In this document: positions 14,701 to 29,700 of the stretch, in pieces | Position numbering within the stretch: the first letter of the stretch is position 1 | How the letters are laid out: each line of letters starts with the position of its first letter | Assembly: GCA_000934665.2 (NCBI GenBank) | Contig: KZ538039.1 | Location: forward strand, 1-64,000 | DNA: 64,000 nt | Source: Catajapyx aquilonaris | Lineage: Eukaryota | Direction of reading: 5' to 3' | The notes under the pieces: generated by a model | What the model was told of the DNA's origin: nothing | The model's database searches: none | What the model saw: only the letters and a program-made list of their open reading frames with translations | Position numbers and translations under genes: made by a program

Positions 14701-17700
14701 CACACTGGGAATCCAGTTTAAAGAGACGTGTCTAATCATCGGGATTTTAATTCCATTTCCAGTTCTACAGCCGTGGAAAATATAATGGCTTCAGGTTCAT
14801 TAATTTCTGGCGCATTCTCATTGGCGTGTTTATAACTAACGCGAGGCTCATTATCGCCCTGGAAACAAAGAGGCTTTTGGGAATACTTGGGAAGAAGAAA
14901 AGGGGCCCCTCTTGTTGCTTGTGGGGCTCTGGCTGCAGCTTGCACCCGGGATTAGGTTGACTTTGGGAACCGGCAAAACATTATAATAATCCCGTCTGGG
15001 CTCTGATGGAATTTGCGAAAAGGAAGCCTGAAGCCAGGAAGTTTGCTACTGTTTTGCTTAAGAAAACTGGATGGGGTGAAAATGTGCTGGAGAAAGGGAA
15101 GGAGCGTGTTAATTATCATCTAGCAGGTTGTGGACGTGACGTGACTTGGGCCATTGTGATGCAGGTTAAAGGGGGGATGAGCACCCTTTTCATATTTAAA
15201 GGGGTAATACACCCGATCTGAGGTGCGAATGACAAGGGAGGCTTCAAAATGGCAATAAACTGGGCTCGGTTGCCAGATTGTGCTCGGTGCTTATGTGTAT
15301 AGGTTTGGTTATGGTTACAACCTAGAAGTGGTCAGTTTATCCTTCAACTTGCAGAGTGTCAGTTGAGCAATCTCCCAAGTTCTTTTCTGGATCCCTCCCT
15401 GCCTTGCAGCTGAATTCCTTTTAGAAACTCACAATTAGCATGGAATCAAAGGAAACCATCCAGCCCCTTTGATCCGCTCTAATTGAATTGCTTCTGGGGA
15501 TTGGGCCCCCAAAAAAAGACACTCCTGTAAGTTGAGGGGGGTGCCTCCTTTTGTACGTGTGTTACGTGTCGAATAAAGGAAAGTGTTGGAATAATGGATT
15601 CGTCTTTTCTTTGTTTTCAGTGCTGCAACGACGTGGTGCAGGAGAGGTTCGCACCGGAGCTCAAGTACGACATCGCCCTTCGACTGGCGGCTCTCCATAT
15701 CCAGCAGCACGCCCTGTCCAACAACATGCAGAGCAAGATCACCATCAAAGCCATCGAGTAAGGACGGTTCTGACATTACTCTTAACCATTTACCTTCTCT
15801 AGAGAGGGTAAACGGTTAAGAGTGCAGTATTAGTCACGGAGGTATAAATATGATGAAACTTGTGTGTGATCAGCACTGCCAAACAATATTAGTGCTGGAC
15901 AACCACAAGGTTCAATCAGATTGAAAGGTTTGTCTTACCACATCAGCTGACTAACACACCCTTTGACCTCACCTTCCTGAAGGCCAGCTCGGACAGTGCA
16001 AGGACATTTTTGGCAAATTGGGAAAAGCGAAAGGGTGTCGCTCTTCTTTTTTTTTTTTAGCAGCAGGCTCCAGGCTTCATTAAACGCGTCTGTCGCACGC
16101 CTAGTTACCCACGTCAAGCCTTTCCCGTGTGCTTAGCCCGGAAATGCGCCTGCGTAATTAGCTGCAAGGGAATTTTCTCACCTTTTGCATGCCAGCTTGG
16201 GAAGCGTGTCAGCTGTTGCATCCTAATTCTGCAAAGCTTGGAGNGGGGGGGGGGGAGGACCAGGTTGCAGCTTCAGAAGGGGTCCATTGGGTTAGATGAA
16301 GCAACAGTGTGGAACAAACTGTTAAAGAGAATGGTCCGAGGAGATGTTCCAATACCAGCTAATGGTTTAACCTAACCTAACCTAACCCAACCTAACCTGT
16401 TAATTAGACCTATATTAGCAATTATTTTGCACGTTGGATTACCTGTAGGTGGAATCCTGAGATAACAATATGAAAATGGATGGTGTTATGCAATAAAGAA
16501 AATGGGGTTTGAATGTCACACCTGTGACATTAATTCAGTGTCCTTTTTGGTCAGTTATGGCGGAAGTATGCAGATTTTGCCATCTGATTGTAACTGAATG
16601 AAGTACGATCTTTTGTGTAAATGTTCCTGAGGTTAACTCAGTTTTGACATTTGTGTGGGTTGACACATTATTACATAACACCGTCCAAATGATCCAAAAA
16701 ATTATGGTTCATAAAAAATAAGACAAATAGATACAGGAACACATACAAGGCACAACAACTGGCATATTTTTGATGGCGTGGGTCATGAATCATTTTGCTG
16801 GGAAAAAAAATCCATTTGGGAGCAAAAACCGGGTGTGGTTCCATATGGCTCCGTGTACACCGGTTCTGAAGTGGGACACCGAAACCATTTGTCGAGCTGG
16901 AAAAATATACAGCGGAAACACATCACCGCAAAAATGCTGATGCAAATTTTTGAGGGGAAAAGTACATTCCGATACGTCCAGAGCGGGGGGTCCATTGCGG
17001 ATGAGGCTGGGACGGCATCTGGGGGGGGCGGGGGATGAAAAGGATGTGGAGGACTGAATGCAAATGAAGGCTGAAAATCGTGATGGGTGTCAATAAGTTC
17101 CATCTGTTGACGTTGGTCGATCCCAGAGTCTGTTACCTCATGAAATATAATCCCAAGGGTGGAGGTGGGGTTGGGCGAAGATGAATTGCAGGCTCAGGGG
17201 AGCAGAAGGCGCCCGAGTTCCCGACACGTGAAAACATCCGTTGGGCTCAAAATGATGTGTATCTCATGTAAGGGCCGAATGGGGGCTCGAATCTTATATT
17301 ACAGAGATGTTATTGGTCATAACAGGCGGCAGAGCCAATTAAGGGAGAGGTGTATATGGCACAGAAGTGATGTTCGGAGAACGGTTTATTGCAGAGTTTT
17401 TTTTTTCAGGCGAAGGGAACACCATTGTTGTTTGGATTATGGTTGTGAATGCAATATACAGGGTGGTACGTTATATAAGTTGACATCTACGTCAATGGAG
17501 TCAAGCGTGATAGATTACTGGCTCCATCAGAGTCGGTGGTGTCAACTTATAGGCAGTGTACCACTTTGTATATCTCACTAGCAGTTATACATGTGCTGCA
17601 TGAACCGTAACATTAATGTAGGAATGGGTATGCAAATTAAGTAAATAACAATTGAAGGCTGTCCGAAATTGTCGTTTCCACTCTAGTTCTCACTTCGCAA

Positions 17701-20700
17701 ATTGCCTCAACTTTTTTAAAAATTGCGTGAGAAAATTCTGTGTATATAAAATTGAACATATTGAATTTAGTTTCATGCTCTAACAATGGTAAGTGAGTAA
17801 TATTATTATTGAGCGTACATAAAATGGAATCCGAAATTAGGTTGCCAGGGCTCAAAATAATTTGCATATTCATTAGCAATGTTTTATTCGCGAAGGATTT
17901 CCTGCGAGAGTAACTCTTTCGCTTCTGTGCCTGTTTGCAACATATTTTCACTCACTGAACATTTGATGCGCAGCGGGCCTGGCTAAAAAAATAAAAGAAT
18001 TCCTGTGGGGTGACAAGTTTTGTAAAAAGGATAAATTATAGCTGACAAGAGCGACGAAATGCCGTACTTGTCGTTTTACTAGCACCTAAAGGCAGTTGTT
18101 TGCGGCTGGGTCATCAAGAGTCGTAAAAGCACCGCGCCTTCCCAAAGCCCATTATACACCCTGTACACCCCTGAAATTAAGCCTCAAACTAGTTAAAGGA
18201 AAACTCCTCCCTTAATTCCACACCCCCACCATTAAAACCCCCCTCCTAGTTTCCTTCACTATAGTCGTCCAATAACAACTTCCCCTTGTCAATCCTTAGC
18301 ACAATTTTTAGCATACTATATTTGCAAAAGCTGCTCCAAATGGGGCTTCTGTGAGAGACTTATTGACTTAAGACTGAGTTTTGCGCAAAAAAAAATTGTT
18401 AGAAAAAGTTAGCCTGGTTAATTGGAGGCGTAGTTTTTCAGATGGGAGGCTAACGAGGGTGGGATTAAAGTGAGGCCTTAATGAGGTGCGATTATGGTTA
18501 GGGGTGGCTTGTGGCACGTGTTTCCCTCGGGGATGGCCTGATCTCCTGGTCGTGGCGTGACTCTCATTTTTTTCTAGGGCTTTTCCAGGACTAGTCAACA
18601 TCTCCTCAGAGTCCACTCTATTCCAATTCACGGTGCGAAACCTCCCACACTTCAACTTTAGTGTCTAGTTAAGGCTTGTAATTATAAGCCTCGTTTGTTT
18701 CAGGGCTTCTCTTGATGTGCAATTGTGCTATCGATTGGCACTGCTATTAATAGTATTTTTTAAAGTCCGGATAGAAATAACAGACAGGTGTGCCATTTGT
18801 TATGGATTTAAACTACACGCAGTAAATTGCAGTGTTTACTGCAAACAGTTCATTATGGTTTTAAATGAATCTGTGTGAAGTGTCATTAACTGTGTGTTAA
18901 GTGCAGTTTCAATAGATGGGCTAATAAGCTGCGATTAAATTATCGGGGCCGATGTTTTTGTTAATCGGCCCACTACAAACTATGCAGTTGAGAGGTGGCT
19001 CGTTAAACACGTTATAGAAATATGCATAATAGTAAAAACATGAGTCGAGTGTTTAGCGCTGTTGGGGATGCATGATATCACAATAATGAAAGCCTCCTTC
19101 CATAAAGAGAATTTGTGCAGAACTGAAATTATTAGTACCGAGAAAAGCTCTGGCGCATTTATTTGTGCGTAATTCTTGATTTACAGTATTTCATTTCATG
19201 CCTTAGGCCAGGCTATGCTGCTGTAAAAAGCCTTTTTGGCTGAATAAATGGCAGAAAAACACCTTACACTAATATTGCCATCGTAAAAATGTAGTTTTAT
19301 ATGTTCCTGGCACTTCGTACCCTAAAAATGTTTCCTGGGTCCAGTGCAACCGGCGTTTATACGTCGCTTTTTAGAACACATAAGTTATAACAGTCTACCC
19401 AGCCCGTCACAAGTTTGGGTCGAAATCTCCTCTGAAGTCACTTTGTTTTTGTTTCTTTTACCCTGCATGGCGTAATGTCATCAGTTTCAGCCAAACTACT
19501 CATAGGAGGAAACCGATTTTTTCTTCTAATATTTGCTAGTTTAATCAACAGTAGCTGTGATTTTGATTAATTGGTGAATTCACGAAATTTAGTCCCCTGC
19601 TTCATTCTGACAAACCTGTTGGAAATTTAATGATGATGATGATGGCGATTAATGGCAGCACAAAATTTATAGCAGTGCAGCCCAGCCCCGCTCGCTGTTA
19701 TAATAAAACTGTTATAAATTTTGTTCAGCCTTATTATACATAAAATGTAAACATACAAGAGAAAGGGTATTTTTAAACATTGTGGGATCTATTTACGTCA
19801 TATTACCATGTCTTGATAAGGAGTGTACACAATTAGGGGATAGCGTGAGGGACACAGGAGCATTGTGCTAACTCTGGTGTCGAACACGACCTGCGAGAGC
19901 CCGATTCATTAGCAACAATGAAACCGCCCGACACAATATGAAACGGGGGGGGGGAGATTATTCCTGTAGTCATTTGTATTCAGTGAAAGGGCAGACTAAT
20001 TGCTCTACAGTTATACATGACTAGCAACAAAGAGTCTCAACCTGTTGGCTTCCCAGACAGGCTGTACAGAGCGAGATTCTGATGCATGTGTGCAGTATGT
20101 CAGTGCTGTGTTCTGATCGTTTGCTTATGTTTCTCGATGTACAACAGGCGAGAGTTCGGTCTGGAGCGGTTCGTCCCCGTGTCTCTGGTGGAGACGATGA
20201 AGAGGAAGGAGCTCCGGAAGCTGCTAGCCCACTTCCTGAAGCTGAACCAAGGCCTGGCAGCTCCTGGTCACAAGACTTTGACTGCTTTACAGGCCAAGCT
20301 CCACTACCTAAGGATCATCAGTGAGCTGCCGAGTTACGGGGCCAAGTGCTTTGCCACCAATCTCAGGGTAAGTACTGACCACTACTGACACATCACATCA
20401 AATTAACACAAATGACACTGTACATTTCCGTTTCAGGATTCAAACATGGAGACTGTCATACTCATTAGTCCAAAGTTCGGAATTAGTCAGATAGCTGGAC
20501 TTCGAAATAGTGTGGTAAGTGTTGCCGTTTCTATCCGTTATTCCCGCATATTGTGAGGGTGCTGTGTTGTCTGGCGCTTTAAAACCCACGAGACCATAAG
20601 GCTTTGAAATTCCGCCAAGAGAGCCCGCTCCCACACGCCTTTTGGACCGCCCTTCTACAACTGAGAATCGATCCGCAAATTTCGTCTCTCGCAATTTCAA

Positions 20701-23700
20701 ATTTCCCACCCAAAAACTTGGAATATCTGGTCAACAACAAAAATGAGCGCAGAACTTCCTCATCAAGCTTTACGCGATAATTAGCAGGCAATATTACTTT
20801 TTACGACTGCGGCCTCCTTTTCTAACCATGTGTCACCCCTCCTTTTATAGGTGTTTCAGGCATTCTTGAGCTGGAAACCTATTCAGGAGTGATGCATCTG
20901 AAAATGCATAACCCTCTGAGGGGGTTGAACAAAGAGATTGGATTTTACAGGGCCTTCTGAGAGAGGATGTACTTATCATTCCAGAGACGAAATTGGGGAA
21001 AGAAGGGGTTTTAAGTTAACTGATTCCGTCTTTTCTAGGGGTATGGCTAACCAATTAAAACTTTTCTAAGTAGCAGGAAAAGGGGAGGAAACGAGGAGCT
21101 AAAGGGGCTTCAGCACAAAAAGTCTAGACTTGTTAACTTCCACTCTTTTTTTTTTTTTACGTTGAGGATTTTGATAGCGGTGAAAATGAATTGAGTAAAC
21201 TGGGGGGGTTAATCAGAATGAGTAAAAATGGGAACGGTCCAGACATGAACTGGTTGCTTTGTCGCGAGGAAAACTTGGCAAAGGCAATTGAATTAATGCT
21301 GATGAAGCGACATTGCCATTTGGCCTAAAGCCATCCCAGCAGCTAACACCGGAGATTCCGAAAATGAACTCCTCGAGGGCACTCATTGGGAACCGCTTTT
21401 TCCCCAAGAAATATAAAAACGGTTGCAGTAGCAAGTTACGAGCCCATTGTTGTCACAGCAGCGGTATCCGTAAACAGCGCTGCTTTTTTGCCGGCATCAA
21501 ATATTTACAGGGCGCCCCAGCTTTATTGGCACCCTGTACTTTCGAGCGATGTTGGGGTTAACCACCTAGAGATTAATTCTGCTTGAGGAGGAAGAATGCC
21601 AACAACCCTGCAGCAACTTCTTCTTTTTTTTTCCTTAGTAAAAATATTTTGGGGGCCCCAGGACGCTTCCCTTTCAATCAAGTGCAACCGGTACAACCAA
21701 TCTCATCCCCCAGGCCTATATCCGATGCAGTTTGACACTTTCAATATCTGTGGAAATGTAATCTTGGTTGAGCAATCTCACTCCCCCCCCCCCTCGAACC
21801 TTGGGCAAATTGACAAACTGAAGACTATCGCACAAAATTTTCCTCCCACACTATACCGCATAACCCTTCATAAATTGGACGTGGTCACTCCAATATTTCT
21901 GAGGGAGCACTTTTTGGGAGCTAACCCACAAGATAATGGGCGTGGATCGACTATAGAAGTGCGATTCGAGCAGGTCTGCAGCTGACCTGCAGCTTCTTGT
22001 AAATCAGGAGATAAAACATCCTGCAAGAAGCTGAGGAAGAAATTCCGTTCAATGTTTTAAAGGTTTTTTTTTGCTATTGTCTCCTGGGTAAGGAGCCTTT
22101 AAAAAGTCTGAGCTAATTAGTGCAGGAATTGCGGAAGACTCTTTGATTTTCTAAACTCTCAAACTGGGTCTAATTCCCGATAATTGCGGTTCCTAAAAAG
22201 TTTGAAGCATTCCGATTTTTGGAGGTTCGTAAATCGTAACTTTTATGGCATCCCGTCATAGCCAATTGGTCTCGACGTCTTAATTCGGTTCGTGTGTCCA
22301 CGCAATTGGGGCATATTACAACGCCCGTTATTTTTTTTAACTCCCAGATAATAAACAGCTATCAGTGCGTGATATTGAGCAAGAATGCGGTAGTTGCCCA
22401 TATCGACAATAATGCTAAAGAAAATTACACGGCAGAGGTTATTCGGGGACACAGTTTGACCCTGGCTTAACCGGAGATTTAGTGTGTAATGTGGAGGCTG
22501 CACATCATCAGTACGTCATTAGCATGTTAACCTAATTGCAATAATTTTCTGGCAGCAGCAGCCATGGACCAAATAATGTGATTAGAAGAGCGCGGTTGCG
22601 CTTCCATTTCTGTTAAAAGGTGTATCACCTGTTTGTGGAAAAAAGGGGGGTCGTAAATAAGGTAGATGCTTACGGCCTGTTTAGTATCCAGTAGCTACGA
22701 CTTGTGCCTCGTGATGAGCAACGGAAATTGTTTCGATTTATCACCCCCAAGGAGCTAAGTGTGTGTAGAGGTCCCCGCCTCTTCGATTAATAGGATTGCT
22801 CTTCCACCTACGAAATTTCGTAGCGCTTCATGAATTTTGAAAAACGAGGGCGCCATGGGAAATTTTTGCCCGCAATTCATGTCCTCGGACTTGGCGTCAC
22901 TCCAATTAAGAAAAGAGCGCCGGGTTTTTTTAATAATGCACAGCTCTGATATTGTTAGCGGGAGGCTATATATATCAAAAATGGGTGTCATTAAGTGTCG
23001 CGTAATTTCGTGCCTAGAATTCGCGAATCGACACGGGAGAACTCTCTTTGTGAAAACTCGGAACCGACAGACCGGATGCTAATTAATTATCTTCACAATA
23101 TAGCACCTGAGGGCCTTTATTGTTTGTTGCAGATCAAAAGTACACATCTGAAGCCTGCGGGTTTGAGACAAAGATTTTTGAGAAAGTGGCGGTATGCCCC
23201 CCCCCCCCCNGGCCCCCCTCCAAAAAAGAGGTGCGTGCCACGTTTTGTGGAAAAGCAATCTGCTTGAAAGGTTGGAATCGCGTTGTCTCTCGGCATCCTG
23301 GGGCGAAGTAGTAGCAAGTGAGTTGATAGTAGGATGGTGGGGGAAAAAACTCCTTTTCCATTGGGAACACAACATTTGCAATCGAAAGGCCATGGGTGTG
23401 CCGCTCCGCAACGGACTCTGCCAGTGGCATTTTCATCGCGAAAAAAAGGAAGCGAAAAAACTAGGACGTGAGAGTCGGCATTTGGTGCGAATTATGAATG
23501 GTGCTCTTTAAAGGGCAAGATTTTTGCAGGAAGGTTCTCTTAGCACGTCTTTTCATAAGCTCTATACAAAGATGTTCAAAAGAAAAGTGTTTCAACTATA
23601 TGAATATTTTTAGAACTAGGAACTGAGAGAAAACCAGATCACGTAATGGTTGATTGACTCTTTCCTGGAGGAAATAACCCTCTCTCTCTGCTGGGGGGAT

Positions 23701-26700
23701 CACGCATCCGTCTTTGCCTCCCAGATGCTGGAGAAAAAGAAAAAAATACTGGGGCCTTATGGAAATTGAGGCTTGAGTTGTTTACAACTCTGGTTGGATA
23801 CTGAATTTTTTCGCCGACAAATTTTTATCAGGATGCCATTAGTAAAAATAGTGGTGTGTTGCGCCACCATCGCGGAACATTTTATTGGATGGATTATTAG
23901 TCAGGAGAGCAGACATGCCACACGACAATTTGTCATTTTTTCAAGTCATAAATCATCTGGCATGAACAGCTCTAAGGACATATTGGGTTGGGGCTCGATA
24001 ATCAAAAAAGAAAAACAGCAAATTACATGTGGACTCTTATTCTTTGTCTATCTCCCACTTCTCTGAAAGCGGCGGATTCGTTCCCGCACATCACAACGAA
24101 GTCCATTTCTCCTCCTGAACGAAGGCAAGAAGACACTTCCGTCCTCCGGCGGAAATTTATTGAAGGTGCGGTATTCCGGTATGGCAAAGTTTCTCATCCT
24201 TCCCTGCCCACCACCACCCCCCACTTTTAGAAGTAAAAACGATAGCCGAAGCGGGACCCCCCCCCCTCCCCCCTCAAGCTTCTTATATAGACTTGCCAAA
24301 ACTCTCCAAGCAACCTAGCAAAAGCATCCATCCAGCAACCACCCCCCAATATCGTATTGATTTCTGTGCTCTCCCGGTTCCGTTCGGCTGCATCTGACGC
24401 TCAAGACTTCGATGGCTGCTGCACACGTTTCAGTTTTGTCATGCTCCAAGTACCCGCCGGTACACTTCACATAATCCCGACTATACAAGATAAGGGACCC
24501 CCCCCCCTTCCCCCCGCCCCTCCCCTCCAAGAATTAAGTTTTCCTCGACTGCCAGAAATTTCCAACCCCCTTCCTTCTATATATGTCCAATAAGGTGGAA
24601 TAAGTTGACAGAGGTGTATAAGGAAAGGAGGATGTCATTAGTCCTGGAGGACTAATTTCCAAAACTTGGCGCGTTTTCGGGAGAGCTCCTGGAAATCGAG
24701 TTGAGTTAACCCCCCATATTTCATGGAGCGAAACCTGAAACAGGAAGGGCATTTCATATTTTCTATAGCCTCTTGTGTTTTCTTGCTTGTCTGGACCATA
24801 AACCAAACAAGTCAAACCCATTCCATCCTATTTATGCGCCTTTGTTTTGAGATATGCTTTTTTGTTAGTGTAGTGCAGGGAAAGTGCATTGACCGATTTT
24901 TGTTCTCTTGTCTTTTTCCAGCCGTTAAACTTGTGTGATATCGAGCACTTGTCTTCGGTCAATGTGACTAGAGAAGATGAGCTGTCGCACAAGGTGGAGC
25001 TCAAGCTCAAGGATCCAGACAAAGAGGTAAGACATCAGTCTTGTTTATCTGTCGCATGTCACCCCCTTGGAACAAAAAGAGGAATTGCATTAGTCTTCGT
25101 GTGTATTATTTACATTACAGTGCAGGGGTTTTGTTATAATATTGGCTGGAGGTGCTTCATTAAACAGGCGCGTGTGTCGCGGTGTGTGTACAGTGCTACT
25201 TAGTTGGCTTTATTAAATGCTAATTACAGGCGTTGCGACAAATAACATTCTGGGCATATATTTGCGCGTAATGTGAGGGCTGGGCTAATTAATTTGCATA
25301 TTTTATAGCCTGGAACATCTCAATTTATATGATTACAGCCTACAGCCTTTGCGCAATGCAGGTTTTATGTTGTTGCAGGTTGTAACCGCCCTGTACGCAG
25401 GTTCGGAAATTTTGTACTTATAGGTCATTGCTGATGTCCACAGTTGTAATTACAAAAAGTTTAGTAGGGGCTGATTAACTGATCATTAGATTACTAGAAT
25501 TACTGGATTGCTGCAGTTAGATAATAATATTGTACTACCCTGAACGGCTGAACACCATTTTTGGCAAGCTATTGCCATGTTCGTTGCCAAAATAAGTCGG
25601 TGGTGCTCCCGGGGAGTTCTCGGCGGGTACCTCCATTTGACCACGATTGTCCCCCCCCCCCCCCCTTTTTGGCCCGGAGAAAATGACCCGGGATGAGTCC
25701 AGATGAGAAAGTGAGTCCGGACCTCGAAATGATAACGCAGAATGAAGCGCCGGATTTCTTATACGGGGAGGTTTTTCCACCTTCTTCTTTCCTCTCCCAT
25801 TCTCTTCTTTCTTTTTCCCTTCAGACCATTTCTTACCCTGAGAGAGGCCATTGCGGACTTGACCCCCTGCCATTCCATACGTCTTGCTTTCAATCCCTAC
25901 CGACTCTCGGGCGTCGCAGTTCGGATCCTCCATCCACTGAGATATAATGATTGTTTCCTCAGAAAACAAGCCATTTCGCACAGCAATTACGTCCAACGTA
26001 TGTGTCCATTGCAGTTAAAAAATAAATAAAGGATCCTGCGATTTTTTGGGCTTCCGGTTTGGGAGGTGCGTTTTTTGAAAAGGATTATGAGTGATATACA
26101 GTAGGAGCGGGCCCCTTGGGGTCATAAAACAGGGTTCGGGGTTTTAGGAAGATAGATTCGGGTGTTGAAGTTTCTCCTCTCAACATTGGATAGGGGCCCC
26201 CATAAATTACGGGAAGCAATTTTCAGTTCTTGACACCCCTTCCATCGAACTACACATATGGTGTTGTAACGCTATACCCCCACACACGGAAGGGTGCTTC
26301 CAAATTTAGCTCATTCGTGCAGGTATCCGATGCATCATGATGTATTAGAGTAGTGTGAAGGCACCGTTTTTTTATTATTATATTAGTGTAAGGAAATTGG
26401 AGGGGGCAAAAGTTGTACATGAAGGCCACAAATCGTGCTACTAAACTGCATGTAATTTTTCAAGTATTATCCTATTAGGTTGCCACACTTGGATTGCAAA
26501 ATCAGCTTTGAAGTGGCGGCTGGACTGAAATGTCAAAGGAGTTTGCCAGCGCATTAAAAATTGAGCCGACAATAGCATGCCTGCTTTGGCATTGATAAAT
26601 GGGTGAATTTAAGTGTGCACAAATTCAACCAGCCATCCGCTAAAGCCTCATTATTATGGCCTGAGCAATATTGCTGTAATAATTTTCAAAAAAAAAATGG

Positions 26701-29700
26701 CAGCCGTCTTTTGCGTCAGGTTGATAAGGATTGTGCTAATCACTTCCGGTACCTTACATTATTCAAGCTGACAATTCCAAGCTTTGTGTATATATTCAGT
26801 GCTTTCTGCATACTTGAAAGAGCAAGAGGCCAGGATGTAACTTATCGCGATCAATACTCATATTGCGTCAAAATAATTTACGCCACGTTTCACTGTGCAA
26901 ATGGAGCACTCCAATATTCTAGTTCTGCACCAATTTTCTAAGAGAATTTTCGCTTTGTCGCCATATTCCTCACGGGTCATTTTGCGCCTTTGAAGCGCAA
27001 ATCGGACTTGGGGAGTTGATGAGGATTGAAGGATCTTTTGATAACCGTTAGTCATTTCCCATTTCGTCTCGCGTCTCATTTCCGTCGAATCCGAGTCCAG
27101 GTTGTAGGCGGGGGGGAAATGCAAATTAGGTCCCCACCCTAGGGGGGGTAACAGCGTCAAACTGCTGAAATTACGTGGCGGCCCTCTTTTTTCAGTAGGA
27201 AGTTCCTTCCGCGACTACGGTTTTTTTCGGATCCTTTTGTCCGCTTGTGCAAATTCTATTCGGTGATTGACTGCACTGCCATCTTCCTTTCTTATGATAA
27301 AAAAAAGAGGGCGACATTGTCTTGCAAATTTTGGCATATCTGCACTACATGGCAGGGTTGGGTTGGCATAATTTTGGACACAAAAGAGCTCCAGTTGTCC
27401 CTAGGCAACTGACCACTGAACTGCAACCTGTATTACCTGGAGCAATGATATTTGCAACAAAGCGCTTTTTTTAAAAAATTAATATGGTGGGTGGGCTTTT
27501 TTGGATGGGCTGGTGGAGCTGGGGGGGGGGGGGNGGATCTGCGCAGCTCACGTGGCTGGTAGCTGGGTTTTAGCTAGAGGAGTGCAGGAGTAGGAAGAGA
27601 CCAGACTGCTTGTCTGTAACTGGAGCCGGTAAGTGCACACTGTCGAATTTTAGCTGTTTATTTGCCGTAATTTGCATATGCATTGTTTACATGCATAGTG
27701 GCTCATGAAACATTACTGTCGGTGCAATTTAGTGGTTATGGAGGAGAGTGTTTCGTGCAAATTTTATACCGGCTGTTCCGCTTTGTAGTGAAACATTTTA
27801 TAGCCGGAAACATGCGGGCTTACTAAAAAGTTAAGCAGCAAGCGTTTGACATTTCAAGCTCCTTTTCCCCCTCTTTCCGAGTGGAAATCAATTTGGGGGT
27901 GGGGGGGGGGGTTGGCAAAAAAAAACGTCTTAAGTGAATTCCACCCCCGCTGCCACCTCCTTTTTTAAAAAGAAAACAAATCGGTATGTTTTGCTTGGAT
28001 AGCTTAGCTGACCTTTTTCTGCTGCTCGATTCTCATTAGAGAAGAGCTTGGGTCGCCTTATCACATACTGGAGTGTAGCCAGATAATTGCTCCAGGGACG
28101 CATTTTTAGTGGCAGGAAAAACGTAGAAAAATGTGGTCGTGGTTTAAGAGTAAGCATTGGTAGCGATGAAGGATGACCCCGTTGGGTCACGTAAGCTTCA
28201 CTTTCGCAGTCTCCCAGAGCAACGACCCCCTCCTTCTTCACAAGCCTTGATCCGTACCGTCTTGGCACACTCTATTCATAGATATCAGGCTCTCTCAGGA
28301 GATATCCCAGACACGTCGATTCCTCGCCTTTTTTTTTTTTTTTTTTTGAAATATTGCCCCCGGATTCGTTGTATTCCCATGTCTGCTGCACTCAGAGTCA
28401 GTGGCGGAAAAAATCGGACCAATATTTTTCGCGCCATGTCGCACATTCGATATTAAAATGGATAGCGCTTTTACTCCGGATGGTATTTATTTTCAAAAAA
28501 AAAAGGAGTCGGATTTTTTTTTTTGATGGAATTAGTTGTAGCGTCGTGGGTCTCTCGAGCTAGTTCGGTTGGACGAAACACGCTGCCAGAAAGGTGGATA
28601 AAGGGTGGGGTGGGAATAGCAGCCAGGGTCTTTCTATCAGACAGAGTGGTGCCCAGGTCCCTGCACAGTATTTGGGTCTTTTTCCTGCAGGAAACGACCT
28701 TTGCGTGCTTTACCCGGATAAAGAAAAGGGGGGGGGGGGACTAAAAGGAGGGGTCTGAAAATGCCCACAGAATGGACCTCCAAACACTGGGGGCTGGAGA
28801 TTTGTGCAAGACTGCATGAGAACGCCTACAACTAATTCCACTTGGAGGTTATTTTCTAACGAGGGCTGATTTCATTTACGCGGTCGCACAAGCCTTTAGG
28901 GTTAACGTCCTGGCTTGTGTATATATATATATATGTTGCCTGGAACCACCCGGTAATGTTCTTCAAAGCGTGCAGTGCGATTGCATTATGTACTCTCAGG
29001 GATAAGCCGGTCAGTGTGGCAGGTACAGTCACTGTAAAACCGGGGCCTGAGGCGCGTACTGAATACTGCATAATCTGCATATACACCCACATTTGTTTGG
29101 ATAAAGTTCGGACCTGGTAATAGCAACAACGGTCCGAACTTTTAACAAAAATCGGATGACGTACATATTGGTGCATATACCTACTCTCTAAAAATGTTCG
29201 AGTGAAAATTTTACGCAAAAAACTAGCTATTTCGCAAAATGTTCTTTTTTAAGTGAATTTCTCTCCTCAAAGAGTTACTTGAACTCAACTAATATGGAAA
29301 AGTACGTACTTGAAAGAAGAGTGAGAATGAGTGGAGGCCCATCAACGAGTGAAACCCATTTCACTAAAGTTGAGTGGTCATTCGCTCAAATCAAGCAGAA
29401 AACCCACTCAATTTGAGTGAAATTATTGCTCAGTTTGAGTGCAAATATTTCACTCCAGTTGAGTGGTTATTCGCTCGAATTAGGCCGAAAACCCACTCAA
29501 TTTGAGTGAAATTATTGCTCAGTTTGAGTGCAAATATTTCACTCCAGTTAAGTGGTTATTCGCTCTAATTAGGCTGAAAACCCACTCAATTTGAGTGAAA
29601 TTATTGCTCAGTTTGAGTGCAAATATTTCACTCCAGTTGAGTGGTTATATTCGCTCGAATTAAGCAGAAAAGCCACTCAATTTGAGTGAAATTATTGCTC

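Noticed and set aside
16244..27534. Single N bases at 16244, 23210 and 27534
   Set aside because: All lie in G/C homopolymers, so they reflect base-calling ambiguity rather than biology.
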